A program made the position numbers and the translations under genes. The notes below the pieces were generated by a model. That model was not told where the DNA came from, did no database searches, and was given only the letters and a program-made list of their open reading frames with translations. A stretch of 10,475 bases of DNA from a virus (lineage: Duplodnaviria; Heunggongvirae; Uroviricota; Caudoviricetes). Where the stretch lies: positions 1 to 10,475 of IMG/VR virus record IMGVR_UViG_2541047124_000005; one strand, written 5' to 3'. Within the stretch, counting starts at the first letter, position 1; the number at the start of each line of letters is the position of its first letter. Shown one piece after another: positions 1 through 8,104 of the stretch.

Positions 1-82
1 CATAAGCATCACCCTTGCCGTTGTAAACCCACAGAGTGGTACCGGCACCTTTTACCGGCTCAAGGGGATTTGGTGTTGCCAT
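1..82 (-). CDS. V: major tail protein V, N-terminal 27 codons only (gene continues past the left edge of the window)
   Basis: Minus-strand translation from ATG at 82..80 gives [27 protein letters not shown], which closely matches the lambda gpV N-terminus as I recall it ([27 protein letters not shown]). It sits 7 nt downstream of the gpU-like stop, consistent with lambda order Z-U-V. Absent from the ORF track because it is truncated by the window edge. Confidence 0.75.
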   Translation of the reverse strand, partial: MATPNPLEPVKGAGTTLWVYNGKGDAY

Positions 83-89
83 ATCGTCC

Positions 90-488
90 TCACATCTCGT
101 AGGTAATTTTCCACAGGAGATCTGCCGATCCCCACATCATAAACTCATCATCCCGGCGGTAGTCATACCCCTGAAGATTCATCTTCAGCAGTAATGCACT
201 GAGCCCGGGAACTGCCTCCAGCGCAGGAAGAATTTTTTCTTCCATCCACATATCCAGTGCCGAGTCCGGTTCTTTTGCCCTGAGAAAAACCTCAATATGC
301 AGTGTCGCCTCCCAGGTTCCCTCATCAACGAACTCGTCAGCAGCAGACGCATCTGTCAGGTAAACAGCAACAGCAGGCAGTTCCTGTTCATCAATAAAAA
401 CCGGGCGACCGTCAAACCAGCTCACCCTCTCAGAAATATTTTCTTTCAGGGCAGACAGAACTGCCGCCCGTATTTCACGGTGTTTCAT
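90..488 (-). CDS. U: tail terminator protein (lambda gpU family)
   Basis: 132-aa [20 protein letters not shown]...[26 protein letters not shown] aligns along its length with lambda gpU as recalled (MKHTELRAAVLDALEKH...GYDYRRDD...ITYEM). A GGGAGG Shine-Dalgarno lies 4-5 nt upstream of the ATG at 488. Position between Z and V homologs is as expected. Confidence 0.9.
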   Translation of the reverse strand: MKHREIRAAVLSALKENISERVSWFDGRPVFIDEQELPAVAVYLTDASAADEFVDEGTWEATLHIEVFLRAKEPDSALDMWMEEKILPALEAVPGLSALLLKMNLQGYDYRRDDEFMMWGSADLLWKITYEM

Positions 489-500
489 ACACCCTCCCAG

Positions 501-1130
501 TCATTTTCTTTTCAGCACCAGGCGTAACTGATGCGTCATGGCTTTCATCATCTGCGCCGGTAATTTTTCCCGGTACATCCGGTCCCGTTCACGTTCAAAG
601 GTTTCTGCCAGCGGTCCGGCAGTCGTAATCTTCACCACTTCGATCGGCAGACGGTGGCGTTTCGGCCTCCCTTTGCTGTCCGCGCCGGTGGATGATGATG
701 CCCACGGCATACGCTGCATCACATGCCAGCGTCCGTTAGCCAGCCGGGTGATAAAGGCGTCCGGGATCCGTCTTTTCCCCACAATCAGCACACTGCCGCC
801 CCCTTTCAGGGCCGCACGCTGTCCTTTCTTTCTCCGTTTTCTGCGGGAAAGTCGAACGCGGGCCTCCCCCAGTTTGATGGCGGGCAGGTTGCCGGTATTG
901 ATGTAAACCTTTGCGTAAACCTTATCCGGTCGTGCCGGACTTAACCGGATGCGGGCACGGATAAGACGACGGGGAACGGCCAGCTCCCTGGCAACTGAAG
1001 AGGCCGTTTTCGCAATAATGGCCCCCGCCACTCGGTTCAGTGTCATGGCAGAGGCCCGGGGAACGGCACGGCGATCAATTGCATCCAGATTTTTCATGGC
1101 CTGCGCCAGACCTTTTATTGCCATACTCAT
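501..1130 (-). CDS. Z: tail completion protein (lambda gpZ family); true start is probably the third codon (ATG at 1124)
   Basis: ORF MSMAIKGLAQAMKNLD...LSRRKRRKKGQRAALKGGGSVLIVGKRRIPDAFITRLANGRWHVMQR... matches lambda gpZ as recalled (MAIKGLEQAV...LSRRRRRKKGQRSSLKGGGSVLVVGNRRIPGAFIQQLKNGRWHVMQR). The first ATG overlaps the upstream stop (ATGA); the ATG at 1124 has AGGAA at better spacing and matches the lambda start MAIKG. Confidence 0.9.
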   Translation of the reverse strand: MSMAIKGLAQAMKNLDAIDRRAVPRASAMTLNRVAGAIIAKTASSVARELAVPRRLIRARIRLSPARPDKVYAKVYINTGNLPAIKLGEARVRLSRRKRRKKGQRAALKGGGSVLIVGKRRIPDAFITRLANGRWHVMQRMPWASSSTGADSKGRPKRHRLPIEVVKITTAGPLAETFERERDRMYREKLPAQMMKAMTHQLRLVLKRK

Positions 1131-1408
1131 TCCTGTTCGACAAAAATCCGGGGTTTACCGTTGTACGTGTCATAACGGGTCACCGTCAGTGTGCGCCCCG
1201 CAAACACAACAACATCATGACGGGCCGGACGGTACCGGGCTGAAAACACCACCAGTGACAACTGGCTGCCCGAAAGCGCCCCCATCTCCGCGGACTCTTC
1301 CTCCGGCATCACGTCGTACACGACGCCGTTAATCTCCGCCTGTTTGCCCATCACCCGAACGGTCGCCACGTCCATCCGGCAACACATTCGCGTAAACAGA
1401 TCAGACAT
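1127..1408 (-). CDS. head-tail joining protein, FII-like (putative)
   Basis: 93-aa ORF in the position lambda gpFII occupies (just upstream of Z). Weak but consistent pattern similarity to lambda gpFII as recalled (DLF near the N-terminus, a GV-F/Y-D-PEE block, and an SL-VF block). Overlaps the upstream gene by 8 nt (ATGTCTGA), typical of translational coupling. Confidence 0.55.
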   Translation of the reverse strand: MSDLFTRMCCRMDVATVRVMGKQAEINGVVYDVMPEEESAEMGALSGSQLSLVVFSARYRPARHDVVVFAGRTLTVTRYDTYNGKPRIFVEQE

Positions 1409-1727
1409 TGATTTTTACCGCCACAGTGGCGCTGTTTGCAGGGGCATTTTCCCAGGCTACCCCCGCTGCCACCGCACCGTCTGCAGCCAGCTGCACAACC
1501 CCGTCCTTCAGATAAACCACCGCGCCGGACTGAATGTCGTCAGCAGACTGTTTGGGCAGCAGGAACACGCCTTCGGCAAAACCGTCACCGGCCTCACCGG
1601 CAGGAATATCGGTAATGGCCACGGCCACCATACTGCCGACCACCACCGCAGCACCGCTCAGGATGGTCTGATCTCCGGCATTCACCAGTTCAATGGTGGT
1701 ACCGTCCTGTACAAAATTTTTCGCCAT
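1401..1727 (-). CDS. small Ala/Gly/Val-rich head protein, DUF2190-like (putative capsid decoration or cement protein)
   Basis: 108-aa ORF MAKNFVQDGTTIELVNAGDQTILSGAAVVVGSMVAVAITDIPAGEAGDG... lies directly downstream of the major capsid gene. Its composition and MAKN-type N-terminus resemble the small DUF2190-family proteins that follow capsid genes in many lambdoid prophages, as I recall them. GGAG lies about 10 nt upstream of the ATG. Confidence 0.5.
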   Translation of the reverse strand: MAKNFVQDGTTIELVNAGDQTILSGAAVVVGSMVAVAITDIPAGEAGDGFAEGVFLLPKQSADDIQSGAVVYLKDGVVQLAADGAVAAGVAWENAPANSATVAVKINV

Positions 1728-1768
1728 AATGCTGTTTCTCCGGACAGCCCCTGTGGGGCTGTTTTTCA

Positions 1769-1792
1769 GGCATAAAAAAAGCCCTTTCGGGC
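1769..1792 (-). terminator. candidate intrinsic terminator immediately downstream of the capsid gene
   Basis: On the minus strand: GCCC-GAAA-GGGC (4-bp GC stem with GAAA tetraloop, plus 1781..1792) followed directly by a U7 tract (plus A7 at 1774..1780). Located 23 nt after the capsid stop at 1815. Short stem, so probably a partial terminator. Confidence 0.4.
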
Positions 1793-1814
1793 AGTGATTG
1801 TGATAACGCGGTTA

Positions 1815-3770
1815 TCAGGCCACCGACGAACGCACCAGCCCGCGCCAGTCAAGTGGTGCCACTCCGGCATCAATACGGATTTTTGTGGCAATGCCGTCAG
1901 TGGTGAAACCTTCCTGCTGATCAATGTATGGCGTGTCCACACCATCCAGCCAGGCCACTTCAATGGTGTCAGTGCCCTGTGCCGCCGCCAGATACCAGGT
2001 TTTCGGGTCTGCCGCATCAAGACGCGCTTCTGCAATCACCTCAGCAAAGTTCTGGATAGGGTTAATGACACCGGCGTTTGCATCCGCCCCTTTCACACTG
2101 GCCGATTTGATGGTCTGGTTCGCCACCGTCTCCAGTGCCACCGGTACCAGCATAAAGGCCGGACGGATATTCAGGGCACGATCGCCTTCTTTCTGCAGGC
2201 GCATCATCTGACGGGCCGCATCCAGTCCGGAAACGGAGATCCCCCCGGTGGCAATATTTTTGTGATCGGCATGGAACAGCGCCTTACCGTCGGACAGTTT
2301 CGGGTTATCCGTCAGCACCTTGTAGACCAGGTCACCAATCGTTGCCTTCGCCGCACGCCCCATCTTCATCGGCACGTCCACCAGCATATTCAGATCATCA
2401 TTGATAATGGCCTGGCGGGTGATGGAGAAAATCTCCCCGTAAGTGGCCAGTGCAATGGTCTCCTTGCGATCTGAGGTGGTGATGTATTTATACTCCGCCC
2501 CCTCACGAACCTGGCGCAGAGAACCAAAACCGCCCATCCCCACGCGATACGCTGTTTTGAAGTCTGACAGGCGTCCCTTACGGGTCCACTTCTGGAAGGT
2601 TTCTTCTGATTCCTCCCAGCCCTGGATCAGCCCCTTGTTCGACACATCCAGCAGAATATTGCCAAAATCAGAGGTGCTGTGCGTCAGCGCCAGCCCGACC
2701 ATCTGCATGGGGTTATAACTGGCCACCCCAATACCGCGCTCCGTCAGTGACATGCGAGCCCATTCACGCAGGGTCATCCCGTTATAGGCGTTATCCTTCT
2801 CGACATTTTCAAATCCGGCACGGGCCAGCATCGCCTGGCGGATCCCGTCCCCCACAAAATTGCCGTTTCCGGCATAAATATGGGCCGGTGTATTTTTGTT
2901 GGTCGGCGAGGACTCCTTGCCCATTTCATTCAGCAGTCGTTCACGGGCCATTTCCAGCGAACAGTCAGGATCAGCCACGCACTGTGCCTGAAGCGTCTGA
3001 TAGCGACCGCCGAACATGGCAAACAGATCGTTAATGCCTGACATGCGGGCTTTCTGTTCTGCCATAACGCGGGCGCGAATGGTCGCCTCATCAGACACTG
3101 CCGGTACCGGTGATGGTTCTGTTACCGCCGGTGCAGGGATTGTCACTGTGGTATCACGCGGGGCACTGTTGCGTGGCGGAGTAATCATGTTTCGGATGGA
3201 TTCCGGCATCTTTTTAAATTCCTCTGTACGTTTTGACTGAATACATGCCATTGCCTCAACGGCGGGTGTCACCTGGTCAGCAAATCCGTGTGCCAGACAT
3301 TCGGCACCGGACATCCAGGTCTCATCCGCCAGCATGGCAGCAATTTCATCGGTGGTTTTCCCGGTTTTCTGTGCATAAGCGGGTAACAGAACCGCCTCAA
3401 CTTTATCGAGCAGGTCGGCATAGGTGCGCATGTCCTCCGCATCACCGCCCGTAAAGCCAAATGGTTTATGAATCATCATGAAGGAGTTTTCCGGCATAAT
3501 GACCGGTTTTCCCACCATCGCAATGACCGACGCCATTGACGCCGCCACACCGTCGACATAAACGGTAATGGACGCACCATGTGTTTTCAGTGCATTAAAA
3601 ATGGCGATGCCTTCAAAGACATCGCCACCCGGTGAATTGATATTGAGATTAATGTGGGTGATATCGCCCAGTGCATTCAGATCACTGATAAACTGCTTCG
3701 CTGTAACACCCCAGAAACCAATCTCGTCATAAATATAAATATCCGCGTCACTCTGGTGACCAGCCTGCAT
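1815..3770 (-). CDS. prohead protease (ClpP/S14-like) fused to major capsid protein
   Basis: One long ORF. The N-terminal region carries a ClpP-like serine protease fold, including a GVAASMAS block (ClpP-type active-site Ser context) and a downstream MIHKP His. A Pro/Ala-rich linker follows (PAPAVTEPSPVPAV), then a roughly 400-aa C-terminal region typical of phage major head proteins. The track ORF begins at 4031, but I place the start at ATG 3770..3768 (MQAGHQSDADIYIYDEIG...), 13 nt after the portal stop, because the upstream 87 codons overlap the portal gene. Confidence 0.85.
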   Translation of the reverse strand: MQAGHQSDADIYIYDEIGFWGVTAKQFISDLNALGDITHINLNINSPGGDVFEGIAIFNALKTHGASITVYVDGVAASMASVIAMVGKPVIMPENSFMMIHKPFGFTGGDAEDMRTYADLLDKVEAVLLPAYAQKTGKTTDEIAAMLADETWMSGAECLAHGFADQVTPAVEAMACIQSKRTEEFKKMPESIRNMITPPRNSAPRDTTVTIPAPAVTEPSPVPAVSDEATIRARVMAEQKARMSGINDLFAMFGGRYQTLQAQCVADPDCSLEMARERLLNEMGKESSPTNKNTPAHIYAGNGNFVGDGIRQAMLARAGFENVEKDNAYNGMTLREWARMSLTERGIGVASYNPMQMVGLALTHSTSDFGNILLDVSNKGLIQGWEESEETFQKWTRKGRLSDFKTAYRVGMGGFGSLRQVREGAEYKYITTSDRKETIALATYGEIFSITRQAIINDDLNMLVDVPMKMGRAAKATIGDLVYKVLTDNPKLSDGKALFHADHKNIATGGISVSGLDAARQMMRLQKEGDRALNIRPAFMLVPVALETVANQTIKSASVKGADANAGVINPIQNFAEVIAEARLDAADPKTWYLAAAQGTDTIEVAWLDGVDTPYIDQQEGFTTDGIATKIRIDAGVAPLDWRGLVRSSVA

Positions 3771-3783
3771 CCTGAACCAGGAA

Positions 3784-5293
3784 TTATTCTTCGGACTGGT
3801 CGTCGGTGTGCTGCGGCTCCTGTCGTTTCGTTGCGGCACTGCTGCCTCCTTTATCACTGGCCGGATCGGTATCAAATACCAGATCCAGCTTGCGGTTTTC
3901 ATCAATTTCGGCCTTGCGCCGACGTTTGACATCATCCGGATTACGACCACCTGCACGTACCCAGTCTGATTCTGTCGCTGCTCCACCACGAATCTGAATT
4001 TTCCAGGCCTCAGCCTCCTTAACAGGGTCAATCCACGGCATCACCGGTCCGGAATACACCGCGGTATACAGTGAAGAACGGTCAAGATCGCGGGGTAGCC
4101 TGATAACACCGGATGCCACAGCCTGTTTCAGCCAGGCACGATACATCGGGCGGGTGACGGCACCAATAAACCAGTCCTGCAGGATCAGGTAGCCATCAGT
4201 GGATTCAACCAGCTCCTGACGCTGGGCGCTGTAAGTGCCGTTATAGTTGCGCGCTGTACTGGAAAAAATTCAGACGACTGCCCGCCGCCACGGCACGCAA
4301 CTGACCATTACGAAAAGTTTCAAGGTTAGGATTGGGGCGATCCGACTTCACCATTCCGATTTCTTCGCCGGGTTTCAGATCGTCGTAAATAATGCCTGGC
4401 TGAATGGTAAGCTCGCGTTCCTTATCCTTGCTGCCATTACCATCCGGTTCATAGCTCTGCCCATCGCCTTTCCGGATGTACATCCCCAGAGCAGCGGCGA
4501 TCCTTGCTGCAGTCAGCTCAGAATCCTCATACTCTTTCAGGGCACTGAGGCGGATCAGCACACCGGACAACAAAGACGTCCCGCGCATCTGGTGCAGACG
4601 GCGAACAAATTTAAGATGCAGCATTCGCTCTGCATCCACTTCTTTGGTTTCCATCTGCCGTCCGGATACGGGACGGCTTTTATACACCAGATATTTTTCG
4701 GGACGCCCCCAGTCATCAACAAACACGCCCTGATTCAGCCTGTTGCTCTCATCACTGGTCATGGGAATAAAGTCTGGCTCGAGCGCCTCCAGCCAGAAAT
4801 GAACACCGGCAGAAGGCGTCAGGCTGTTTATGCGCCCGGAAACCATCTGGGCAAACACCTCACCATCGCGCAGCCAGGTACGCAGCATCAGACGTTCCAG
4901 CATCGGACGGGTAAACTGCCCGGTGACTTCCGGACTGACAGACCATTCACTCCATCGGGTGCGTATCTCCGCTGCCAGATCACGGGCAATGGCCCCATTG
5001 CGTAATACCGGATGTGGCTCGACAATAATCCCGTTTTTCCCCACCACCCGTTCTTCCAGCTTGTCAAATACACCAATAACCAGATCGTGGTTGTTATCAA
5101 GGTAACGGGCCTGCTCACGTAACGACACGGCCCCGTACTGGCTTAACTGGTCGGCAGTTCGGTTTTCCCGCCGGGCTTTGTGTGTCCGCGTCGTTTTTAC
5201 GGCCTCATAAGCCTGGATCACCGCACGGGAACGCAGCCTTGCCGCTTTCCATCCTGGTGAAAAAACGCCAATCACATCATCAAGAATTGCCAT
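3784..5293 (-). pseudogene. portal protein (lambda gpB family), reading frame interrupted by an apparent +1 insertion in a homopolymer run (A6 on plus strand at 4263..4268); genuine inactivation versus sequencing error cannot be decided from sequence
   Basis: Two consecutive track ORFs (4241..5365, 374 aa, and 3784..4146, 120 aa) are in different frames. The upstream frame ends ...AVAAGSRLNFFQYSAQL*. Deleting one T from the T6 run on the gene strand gives ...RLNFSSTARNYNGTYSAQRQELVES... and runs continuously into the downstream ORF, giving a protein of about 502 aa. The restored junction resembles the corresponding lambda gpB segment as I recall it (...SYEQLSRNYAQMSYSTARAS...). Start placed at ATG 5293..5291 (MAILDDVIG...), overlapping the gpW stop as TGATG. 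Confidence 0.8.
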
Positions 5294-5505
5294 CAGAACC
5301 TCGCCAGCCGGTACCCGGGATGCCCCCGTCGTCGTGTAATCAGAGCCGCAAGGCGGCGCTCCCACTCCTGCCGTCCCTGCCGGATCTCAGATAAGTTTTC
5401 CATGGTCATCTGCTGACCATTAAAGGTGACGGATTTTCCGTCCAGCACCGCCATTTCAGCTTCCGTATAACGCTGAATCATGGCTTCGATATCATTCTGG
5501 TTCAT
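5293..5505 (-). CDS. W: head-tail joining / head completion protein (lambda gpW family)
   Basis: Small ORF between terL and portal, as in lambda (A-W-B). The C-terminus ...ITRRRGHPGYRLARF resembles the lambda gpW C-terminus as recalled (...QRRRGPAGFYV). Start chosen at the third codon (ATG 5505..5503, protein MNQNDIEAM...) because GGAGG lies 6 nt upstream of it; the track start at 5511 abuts the SD. Confidence 0.7.
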   Translation of the reverse strand: MNQNDIEAMIQRYTEAEMAVLDGKSVTFNGQQMTMENLSEIRQGRQEWERRLAALITRRRGHPGYRLARF

Positions 5506-7604
5506 AACCATCCTCCGGAAGTCAGCCAGGGGTTAACATCGTCAGTTACTGTTTTCTTCCGTTTTTGTTTTTTAACAGGCGTGGATACCGGTTCCGGTGA
5601 GGGTGACGGTTCGGTACTGTCCGGGACACTCTCCAGCCAGGTTTCCCGGCTCGCCCACCCCGGTGCATCCGGCCAGCGGATCTTTTCGTATCCATGCAGA
5701 ATGACCAGAGCCTCGGCATACACCATCAGGTCAAAAGCTTCGTTGGCACCGCGACCCGGCTTACTCCATTTCCCGTCACTACTCCGCTCTTCATACGTCA
5801 GTTCGTCGTAAAACCAGCTCCCCAGCCAGTCAGGGAAATGCACATAGCCGGGACCTGGAGAGTCACGCCATAACGCGTTATTCACCCGGTCTTTCAGTGC
5901 ATCCGTCTGAAGAAGCCAGAGCGGCACATCACCTGCGGCCTGCGCCCGTCGGCCCGTTCGTCCGGTGTTATCAGGGAATGTACGGGTGATCAGTTTTGCG
6001 CGCCGGATGCTGTCGCCCTTAAACAGGTAAATACGTTTACCAAGGCCATCACGACGGCAACGACGCCAGAATTTATAGGCATTATCAGTGACCCCGTCTT
6101 CACCGCCGGAGTCCACCGCCATTGCCATCAGTCGCATTTGTTGAGAAGGATCGGAGGCCAGCGGCCAGCTTTTATGAAAAACATCCGTCAGCAGGACATC
6201 CCAGTCTTCCGGATAGCTGGCCGGATCAATTCGCTGGCTCTCACCGTCGCTGTCACCGCGCAATGACTGCGTGATGTTGTAACGATCAATAATCCAGCGT
6301 TCGCCACGGCTGCCATAGCCCGTTACCTGAACCACAAAACGGCGATGACGTCCCGCCTGCACATCCACTGTCGCCACAAGGAAATTAACGCCATCCGGCA
6401 CACTGCTGGAAGGAACTGGCTCTGCCCGCTGCTCAAGCAGTTCACTTTTTCGTTGCTCCATGCTGGCGCGGGGAAGATAAGGTAATCCCCAGTCGGTATT
6501 GATAACCGTCTTGAGTGTTTCTTCACTTCCGGTTGTCTCGTATTCCTGTTCTGCAGTAAGCAGTTTGTAAACGAGTTGCGAGAGTGTCTGGTAAGCAGCT
6601 GCCGGACCCTCCATCCAGAATGACGCAATACGTGAGCGTCGGGGATCACCATAACGACTACCATCCGCATTGATGGATTCACCATCCCGCAACCAGACCC
6701 CACGTCCGTTCAGCTCACGTTTTTGTTCAGGCATAATCCGTCCTGAACAGGAAGGACACTGAATATAAGCCGCCTCACTTGCCAGCACGGGATCGGCAAT
6801 ATCACGGAAACCAGCAACCACATCGCCGCAGGGCTGAAAATACTCACCACAGTGTGGACAGGGCCAGTACCAGCGACGGCGATCGCCACGGTTATAGAGC
6901 GACAGTATCCCCGTGGTTGGTGGAGCCTCATGCGGTGAAGTCCGTCGCCATTTCACATCCTTCACATCCCTGCCGGGGGAACTCTCCACCAGCGTCATAC
7001 CACTGGACATAAATGTGGTGGTACGTTTTGAGGCAAGAGAGAAGGCATCCCCCTCGCCATCAATATCTTCCGGAAAACGGTCATAATCCGTCAGCGCCAC
7101 GCATTTATAATCTGATGAGGACATGATATTGACTGACGGCCAGCCGATTTTCAGGTAGTTGCCAGCAAGGAATGTTCTGTCATAAACGTTGTTGTCATTT
7201 TTGTTCGGACTCAGGCGACTGACCACTTCCGGGCTGACGCGAAACGTTCTGGCGAGTCGTTTTTTGGAGTGTTCGCGGGCTTTTTCCTCCGTCATCTGAA
7301 TGATCAGCATATCCGCAGGATCGCAAATCACGTTGTAAATCACCCAGCCGTCAATCAGGCCGATAGTCTTGCCGGTTCGTGCCGGGCCAACAAATATCAC
7401 TGCGTCGTATTCACGCGAGGCCAGGCAGTTCATCGGCTCAATAACATACGGTGCCACCAGCGGATCCCACGGGACTGAGTTCCCGGCCCCCATGGGCACC
7501 CGCATATACTGAGCAACGGCATCAGCAACCCGCATTCGTCTCGGTGCGCGAAGGATATAACCTGAATCGGTTCGTGCTGCCTTTGCGGTTTCCTGATTCA
7601 GCAT
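5502..7604 (-). CDS. A: terminase large subunit (lambda gpA family)
   Basis: 700-aa ORF with a Walker A motif VGPARTGKT (about nt 7365..7388) and a CPHCGE motif matching the ACPHCGE block of lambda gpA. Further blocks resemble gpA as recalled (...WIIDRYNI... versus SWLIDRQII; AFDLMVYAEAL versus ALDCFVYALAAL). The start ATG overlaps the terS stop (TAATG) and is preceded by GGAGGAG. Confidence 0.95.
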   Translation of the reverse strand: MLNQETAKAARTDSGYILRAPRRMRVADAVAQYMRVPMGAGNSVPWDPLVAPYVIEPMNCLASREYDAVIFVGPARTGKTIGLIDGWVIYNVICDPADMLIIQMTEEKAREHSKKRLARTFRVSPEVVSRLSPNKNDNNVYDRTFLAGNYLKIGWPSVNIMSSSDYKCVALTDYDRFPEDIDGEGDAFSLASKRTTTFMSSGMTLVESSPGRDVKDVKWRRTSPHEAPPTTGILSLYNRGDRRRWYWPCPHCGEYFQPCGDVVAGFRDIADPVLASEAAYIQCPSCSGRIMPEQKRELNGRGVWLRDGESINADGSRYGDPRRSRIASFWMEGPAAAYQTLSQLVYKLLTAEQEYETTGSEETLKTVINTDWGLPYLPRASMEQRKSELLEQRAEPVPSSSVPDGVNFLVATVDVQAGRHRRFVVQVTGYGSRGERWIIDRYNITQSLRGDSDGESQRIDPASYPEDWDVLLTDVFHKSWPLASDPSQQMRLMAMAVDSGGEDGVTDNAYKFWRRCRRDGLGKRIYLFKGDSIRRAKLITRTFPDNTGRTGRRAQAAGDVPLWLLQTDALKDRVNNALWRDSPGPGYVHFPDWLGSWFYDELTYEERSSDGKWSKPGRGANEAFDLMVYAEALVILHGYEKIRWPDAPGWASRETWLESVPDSTEPSPSPEPVSTPVKKQKRKKTVTDDVNPWLTSGGWL

Positions 7605-8095
7605 TACTCCTCCTGCTGTAATTCCTCCTCATCATCCGCACCTGCTTCGGTCACCCGCAGGGCTATCTGATCGCGCAGATCATCAATAATGGACTGAACA
7701 CGGCTCACAGCGGCAGGCTGCAGACCACAGTCACGTTCCAGAATATCCGGTAATGTCTCCAGCACCTGCACGACCGCTTTTGCCCAGATGGCAAACTCCC
7801 GTCTGACATCACTGGCCGGAATGAGTTGTGCCGTTTCCTGTTCGAACTTAAGACGCTCACGTTCAGACTGATACCAGGCTTTGCGTTCATGTGGATCCAT
7901 TTCGCCCTCAGCAACCGGCGGTGGTAACCCCATAAATTCAGTCAGAATATCGGTCAACCGGTATAGCTTGAGTTTGTCATGTCCACCAGCGGGACGAATG
8001 TTTTTCAGTCTTGCCACGACAGTCTGGCGGTGCAGACCAGATAAAGCCGCCAGTTGATTAATATTCAGCACCAGGTTTTTCAACTCATGATCCAT
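7604..8095 (-). CDS. terminase small subunit (Nu1-like, N-terminal HTH DNA-binding domain)
   Basis: 163-aa ORF immediately upstream of, and overlapping, terL. N-terminal LNINQLAALSGLHRQTVVARLKN is a helix-turn-helix-like segment as in Nu1-type small terminases; the C-terminus is acidic (DDEEELQQEE). GGAGG lies 4-5 nt upstream of the ATG at 8095. The candidate cos site lies about 180-200 bp upstream, the same spacing as in lambda. Confidence 0.8.
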   Translation of the reverse strand: MDHELKNLVLNINQLAALSGLHRQTVVARLKNIRPAGGHDKLKLYRLTDILTEFMGLPPPVAEGEMDPHERKAWYQSERERLKFEQETAQLIPASDVRREFAIWAKAVVQVLETLPDILERDCGLQPAAVSRVQSIIDDLRDQIALRVTEAGADDEEELQQEE

Positions 8096-8104
8096 ATTTC
8101 CTCC

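Noticed and set aside
1794-2474. Plus-strand ORF of 226 aa (and similar plus-strand ORFs at 1344..1775, 1924..2211, 2443..3454) antisense to the capsid and head genes
   Set aside because: They lie entirely antisense to minus-strand genes with clear phage homology, have Arg/His/Cys-rich low-complexity translations typical of GC-rich antisense frames, and lack convincing ribosome-binding sites.
3771-4031. Upstream 87 codons of the track's 738-aa protease-capsid ORF as genuine coding sequence
   Set aside because: This part overlaps the portal gene's 3' end in a different frame, and the track start may be a non-ATG codon. The ClpP-like domain begins right after the ATG at 3770, which follows the portal stop by 13 nt. 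Kept as an alternative only.
4263-4268. Programmed translational frameshift in the portal gene at the A6/T6 run
   Set aside because: Programmed frameshifts in lambdoid phages are known for the tail assembly chaperone (G/GT), not the portal. The shift needed here (effectively skipping one base of a T run with no obvious stimulatory structure) to make an essential full-length protein is much less plausible than a mutation or a homopolymer sequencing error.
4247-5005. Plus-strand ORF of 252 aa antisense to the portal gene
   Set aside because: Antisense to a gene with recognisable lambda-family portal similarity; composition typical of a shadow ORF; no supporting start context.
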